DNA of 62,689 nt, the filler included, from Choristocarpus tenellus KU-1152 (lineage: Eukaryota > Protista > Phaeophyceae), in NCBI GenBank assembly GCA_964200185.2. It is 8 parts of 8 records of this genome, joined end to end, with 100 filler letters (N's around TTAATTAATTAA, not from the genome) between each part and the next. Parts side by side here need not be neighbours in the genome. Positions count along the whole stretch, not along the records: positions 52,559 to 59,842 come from CAXNAD020006408.1; positions 59,943 to 62,689 come from CAXNAD020025099.1; 6 more parts are not named here. One strand, written 5' to 3'. The notes under the pieces are model-generated. The model worked only from the letters and a program-made list of their open reading frames with translations, was not told where the DNA came from and did no database searches. Both the position numbers and the translations under genes were made by a program. Below, piece by piece: positions 57,150 through 62,689 of the stretch (positions are counted from its first letter, which is position 1; every line of letters starts with the position of its first letter).

Positions 57150-60100
57150 GATACTAACTTCCTCTGACCCTGTTTTGATCCTTCTTTGTAGAACAGGCTC
57201 TTTTCGACGATACCTGGGAGGCCAGGTCGTTGAGAATAAAAAAAAAAAAACACATGAAACGGACTGACCTCTTTCTCCAACACAACTCTCAAGTGGTTGC
57301 TTTTCCCATGTATGGGCCCATGGACAATGACCCTACGCCAGACTATAACCTTCGGGTATCCTGTGATTCACCTCTGAGGAAGGGAGAAGAGTGGAAGACA
57401 GTAGCCTCAGACACAGAAAGCGCCGAGGAGGAAAGTAACACATCTATCATCAGGAACTGAAATACGATGTGCAGACTTAATCCCATGGCCAACGATAGGC
57501 CTCGCCGAAAAAGGCTCAGAGTTCGAGAAGCTGAACTGAAAGGTTGAAACGGTGGTTACATTAGTACTGGTGGTGGCAGCGACATTGTGAAGTCTACCAT
57601 TCGAAGATCAACAACATCCCTTGAGGAGATTGTTCTTCCCAGACAGGTGTTCAAGAAACTCCAATAAATGGAGGCACACTCAACTAGGATCAGGGATTGC
57701 AAGGAGAAAATTTAACTCCTGGTTGACATGGTTTTGGGGATGAAGCTCAGGAGAAGAAGTGGCACTGTTGGAGTTGCTTTGAAGTTCCCTGTATGAACAG
57801 ACCTCCACAGCCTGCAGTCATTGCATAGTCTGTGCAGGAGCTCCTTGCGTTAACTGCACACTTTGCAGTTGTTGCAGCAGTCGTTCACATAGGTTAGGAG
57901 GACCCCAGAAGACAGTGGGGAATAATCTATATCTAGTGGGGTTGACTCTATAGATGTTGGAAACAATGTCTGAAACAATATCTGAAACAGTATCGAAGGA
58001 ATTAGGACTGGGGCTGTAGGGCTCAGAGAGGGAGAAGAGGGGAGGATTATCCGTGAGTGTGGTGTACAACTTCAGCGATTCAAAATAGTGAATGCAGAGA
58101 CATTAAACATATCTTGACTGAAATCGGATTTACTTTGTAAGCCCAGTCCCCTTCGAACATGGGAACAGCACTTTATCGCATGCCATGACAGCTTACTCAG
58201 TCATCCCGAGATAAGCTATGTCCTAATGACAGAGCTTCTTGACGCGCAAGGTATTTTGGACATTTGGTTCTATTTTTTCTTTTAATGTTATTGTGTTATG
58301 TGCTTACTTATAATGCACACAATAAGCCAAGTACCAAGCTTGGTGAGGAACAAAACATCTGCTACTCCTCCTGACATCTTCCTTTCACCTACCCCCCAAC
58401 ACATTCCATCAACCCTAACACTATTCCCAGGACCCTCAGGACATTCAAGTGCCAGTAGGGGCAGCTGAATTCTGGAGTTCCTCCAACTCCCCACACCTAC
58501 TTCTATAGCCAAAGTGGGCGGTCAGATTCTCCCTCTGAGAATGAAATCCTCCTCCACTTCAACAGTTTCTGTAGTTCCACCTCCTCCCCACTCCATACCA
58601 CTGTGATTGGTGAAAGGGTCAGTGACATGCATCATGCAGCTCATCATTGCCACTCCAGCTCACCCCTTGCTTAACCGATCTAACCCATCAAATGTGTGAA
58701 GCATATTTTGCCCAGTACAGCACGTGTAGAACATGTTGGTTCTCTCCTCACTCCAGTGATAACTTCAGGATACGGGAAGCAGCCTTTTTAGTACTTCAAA
58801 AAAGCAACGTCCTTTCCCACAACCTCCAAGAGCTGGCTCCATTTCAGCAGGTCCTCAGCGCAGGTGGCCTTGTAAGAAGGTATGAGGCAGTCTCATTGTG
58901 TTTTTGTTCCAGGGACAGGGGGAATGACTGAATGTGAAACACACTCTTCGTGCAAGTTGTACTCAAACGCGAAGTGTGCCTAATAGGGCACACTTCAGCG
59001 GCCAGCTGACAATGTGTAGGGCAGTGGTGACACTTTCACAAAATACATGAAAAGATGCACTTTGACACTCTAGTATGCACTACAAACACAATAATAATAA
59101 TAAGTATCATCTCCCCCTTCGATTGAAAGTTGAACGATAAGATGGTGTCTATCATCTATGTGCTTTGTGCGTGAAGAACTATTGTTACAGGCGATATGTC
59201 TTGATGACGGTTTCATATACGTCATTATGACCTTGAATTCCTGGATGATATATATATATATATATTTGTACCTCTTGACTATTTTTTTATTATATAGTCA
59301 TTATCGTTCCCATTGAGGAGGTATATTGTTGCCCAGTTCCTCGTATGTATGATGATTGATACTTATGAAAGGAATATTCGAAGTGAGAGGTCCATCATAC
59401 TTTACGACTTGTGCATCAAGGAGCCTTGTATGAGCTTCATGGTCCGCATACATTCTTATGGACTGGAGTTATATATCCCATCATGGCAAGCTTGCAGAGT
59501 GTTTTGTAACACTATTACTGTGCGAAGTACTAATCAAGATTTTATCTTGATTTCTAGACATTTTTCATTTTTACGAAATTTCTTTAGTTGGTCACCTTTC
59601 TAGACAGTTACAATTGCCTCGTTCGATCTATGGTGGTTACTTCTGAAGACATAATCTAGTGAGAGGTTACCACCCTAGCTTCAAATTGGTTTAACACTTG
59701 ATGCTTATTCCTAAATTTTCAATTGTTGACGTACACATGAGAATTGGGGAACCTTTTTGAAGTCCTGATAGTTCTCCAACTCTTAGATGTTGCACAAGGG
59801 AAGTGAGGAGGATCATAATTGGGACCCAAAGTATCTGGGGGGNNNNNNNNNNNNNNNNNNNNNNNNNNNNNNNNNNNNNNNNNNNNTTAATTAATTAANN
59901 NNNNNNNNNNNNNNNNNNNNNNNNNNNNNNNNNNNNNNNNNNTGTGCAGGTTTTATATTATTTTTTATATCAAAACTGCTACTTCGTTTTACTGTTTTGT
60001 GCTGTGCACTTGTAAAAAAAAAAATCTGGTGTGTACTTGCTGTGCTTGTTCTGTTTTATGTATAGGTACATCCCAAAAGTATTTTATTTTTGTGGGTAAA

Positions 60101-60942
60101 GTGTTAGTATTTTATTTTTTATCGTTGTAAGCCCACCTTCGCTCTTCACAATCAACCAACCCCCTCACCCTCATATTTTTGTCATTCCTTGAGAAAGACG
60201 TAACCAATTAATTGTTGCGCAGCTCTACGGACCATATTTGCCTGGTGTGCTGACAGTCAATTTAACTGAGTTGATTAATAATTTTCTGGTTTATTTATTT
60301 TAATTTTGCACGTGTGTTGTTTTGGTTCACATCAGGTTCACATCAGTGGGTTGTTTTGTGTTTTTTTTGGGGGGGGGCATGGCGAGAGTGGAATTACAGT
60401 TCTTTTTTTTACTGTAGAGGGTAGGACTGATTTGTCACTTCACACTCACTGTTTCTTGCTTGGTCATGCCATGCTGCTGACTGACATAGCCGTAACCTTA
60501 TTGGATAATTATATATTTGGTGATGTCTTTTGATGTCTCACTTACTTTGTCAGGAGCAAAGAAGGTGGGAAGGGAATGTGAGGATGGGTTAGTGGCGAAG
60601 TCAGCCGCCATCGTAATATGTGATTGAATATATGTATGCAGTTGGAATGAAAAAAACGGAAGAGGTACCCAGTGATGATTATGGTAATTAAACTGTACTC
60701 CTGATCATTCCATCCACCACAAATAGTGGGTCTACTTTGTCATGCCTATGGTGCCCATGTTGGAGAGTTTGTTAACCATGATGGGTTGATGGACAAGTTC
60801 TCCAAAGGGCTTCACATTCAGGCCACTATGATAGTGGTAGTTTTGTCCAAGAAACATTGTGATTGTACATGAACTCACCCCCTCCCCACCCCCCTTTTCC
60901 AACAATGAACATCCTGACTCAAACTTGAATACATTGATGCAG

Positions 60943-61965
60943 ACACCTCATCAGAAGTTGATGGCTGAGTTAGGGTTGTTGGAGCCAGAGGAACTGATCC
61001 TTGAACTCCACAAGAGTGATGTGCTCATGAGGGAAATAGAGTTTGCTGGTGAAGAAGGCACCAAGAATGGGTAAGAATGATGCTCTACTGTATTGGTGTT
61101 TGTATTGGTTTTGGGGGAGACTGGCTCTATGCTTATATTTCTCAAGCGTCTTTTTTTTTGTTGTGGGAGGAAAGGTTAAATGGGGTGGGTGGGTTGAAAG
61201 CACGTGAATTCTTAACGTGGTCTCTTAACGTGTTTGTTGCTTGTTTGCATACATGAGCAGGTCAGAAAGAGTTGATTAACCCAGAGGAACGATTTGAGTG
61301 CTTGGATGGATAGGTACAATGGACGGAAGAGGGCGGAGTTTTAATTCGATTGGTCATTTTTTCATTCTTACATCATGTGCTCTGCTAAAACATTCGTGTA
61401 TGTATGTATATATATTTGCAGACGCTTTGCTATTATTTTTTTTATGCTCATTGAGTACATTGAATCTCTAGGGAAAAATTCCGAGGCATGAAACCTTGTG
61501 ATTCACTAACCTGTACCCAAGGGTGGAATAGACCGCATAGAGGACTGCTATAGATTATATACACACTTGGGAAGAGAGAGAGAGAGGAAATCAGAATGGT
61601 CTGAGCACGTATGTGCTCTACTGGAGTGACTGCTTTCATGAGTGTTACTTGTCTGATGACCAAACATCAAAAATCAAAAAAATATATACATTTGGAGCAG
61701 GCATGACACTGGGCAGACGGAGCAGGGAGCTGGGAGTGAAGACAGGGTGGATAGTGATGGTGGGGTTGAGTCACGTGTTGTTTTGAAGCAGGGGGCTGGG
61801 ACGGCTGGTGCAGGGTCAGGTGCAGGGTCACGATGGGGAGGAGAGGAGGATAGCCCTCTGTCTCAGGCGCTGTACTCTTCGCTGTCAGTGAGGCAGCGGG
61901 TGGGGATCTTGTGTGCCCTGTGTGATGAGGCAGTTGACAAGCAGGGCAACCTCCGGGCAGAGATT
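60943..61965 (+). CDS. Internal exons of a probable WHIM1-motif (DDT/ISWI-associated) chromatin protein. Exons 60943-61070, 61701-61965
   Basis: The two exons join at phase 2. YSSLSVRQRVGILCALCDEAVDKQGNLRAEI fits the WHIM1 pattern Y..L....[KR]..IL..LCD......LR..I. Confidence 0.55.
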
Positions 61966-62689
61966 GTGAGAGGCTGCCTTGGTGTTGAGATGAAGCAACT
62001 CTTATGTTTGAGAAATTATTTGTGGATATATTGATCAGTTATGTACTCTCTTCTTTCTGTACAGTTGTTTGTCTGGTGTAGAGGCATTTGTTTGAAGTGC
62101 CCCCTTGTTTCTTTGTGTAGCCCCTTCTCGTCTGTACTTGTACTAGTGATACATACGTCTGTCTGTGCATGTTGATCTCCGGCCCTTGAATTGGTGTTGC
62201 TTGTCTGCAGAATGACGTGATGTTGACCTCTTGGGCCGATGTGTTCTGATTATGACTGAAGGCGTGAAATGTCTATTATTAGATAATGTCTAGTATTAGA
62301 TACTTCACGGTGGTGTATCGACCAAGCGATCTAATAGTGTACCTTCTAGTAGGAAGTAGAGTGTCCAAGAATGTGGACTCTTTTTGTATCATGTTGGTTG
62401 TTTCCATTCCATACAACAATTTGCAAAAGCATCCATACTTAGAGTCTCCTTTTCTTAATTTGACACATATCACATCAAACACACTGGCAGCGTGGTCCTG
62501 TACTGGTGCTAGTGCCAATCTGTTGTTAGAACTGCAAAGGTAACTGTAACTGAAAGGTAACTGTTCATGTCTCTCGAGGACCAACAACATGCAAGCTTCA
62601 CCCAGAGTATAGATTAGATGGAGTTCAACTGACCTCTCTAAGATTGCGCCCCCACCCACACCCACCACCCCTCCCCACCCCACCCCACC

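Overview
Intron-rich eukaryotic nuclear DNA, most consistent with a photosynthetic stramenopile (brown-alga-like). The evidence is a bipartite plastid-targeting presequence, a plant-type MSH1, a Zn2Cys6 factor and TTAGGG-type repeats; the taxon call is inference. The window is not one locus: it is 8 segments joined by 7 artificial 100-nt spacers (N44-TTAATTAATTAA-N44), so gene order across spacers should not be interpreted. Manually spliced genes: cytosolic lysyl-tRNA synthetase (3' end off window), a divergent small plastid-targeted membrane protein, part of a Cys-rich GCC2/GCC3-repeat protein, a DUF819 membrane protein, a probable coiled-coil protein, a GAL4-type Zn2Cys6 factor, plant-type MSH1 (partial), the C-terminus of a probable sulfotransferase-fold protein, SKI3/TTC37 (partial) and a WHIM1-like fragment. 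Non-coding highlights: (1) a dense hotspot of short (TTAGGG)2-4 tracts in both orientations, with paralog comparisons suggesting de novo insertion; (2) related G-tract MITE families sharing 14-bp TIRs and 4-bp TSDs; (3) a ~760-bp foldback element and a 56-bp-arm palindrome; (4) CpG-island-like gene starts on a CpG-depleted background; (5) frequent AAG acceptors and two GC donors. All gene models and family calls are from manual reading and remembered motifs, with no database searches.
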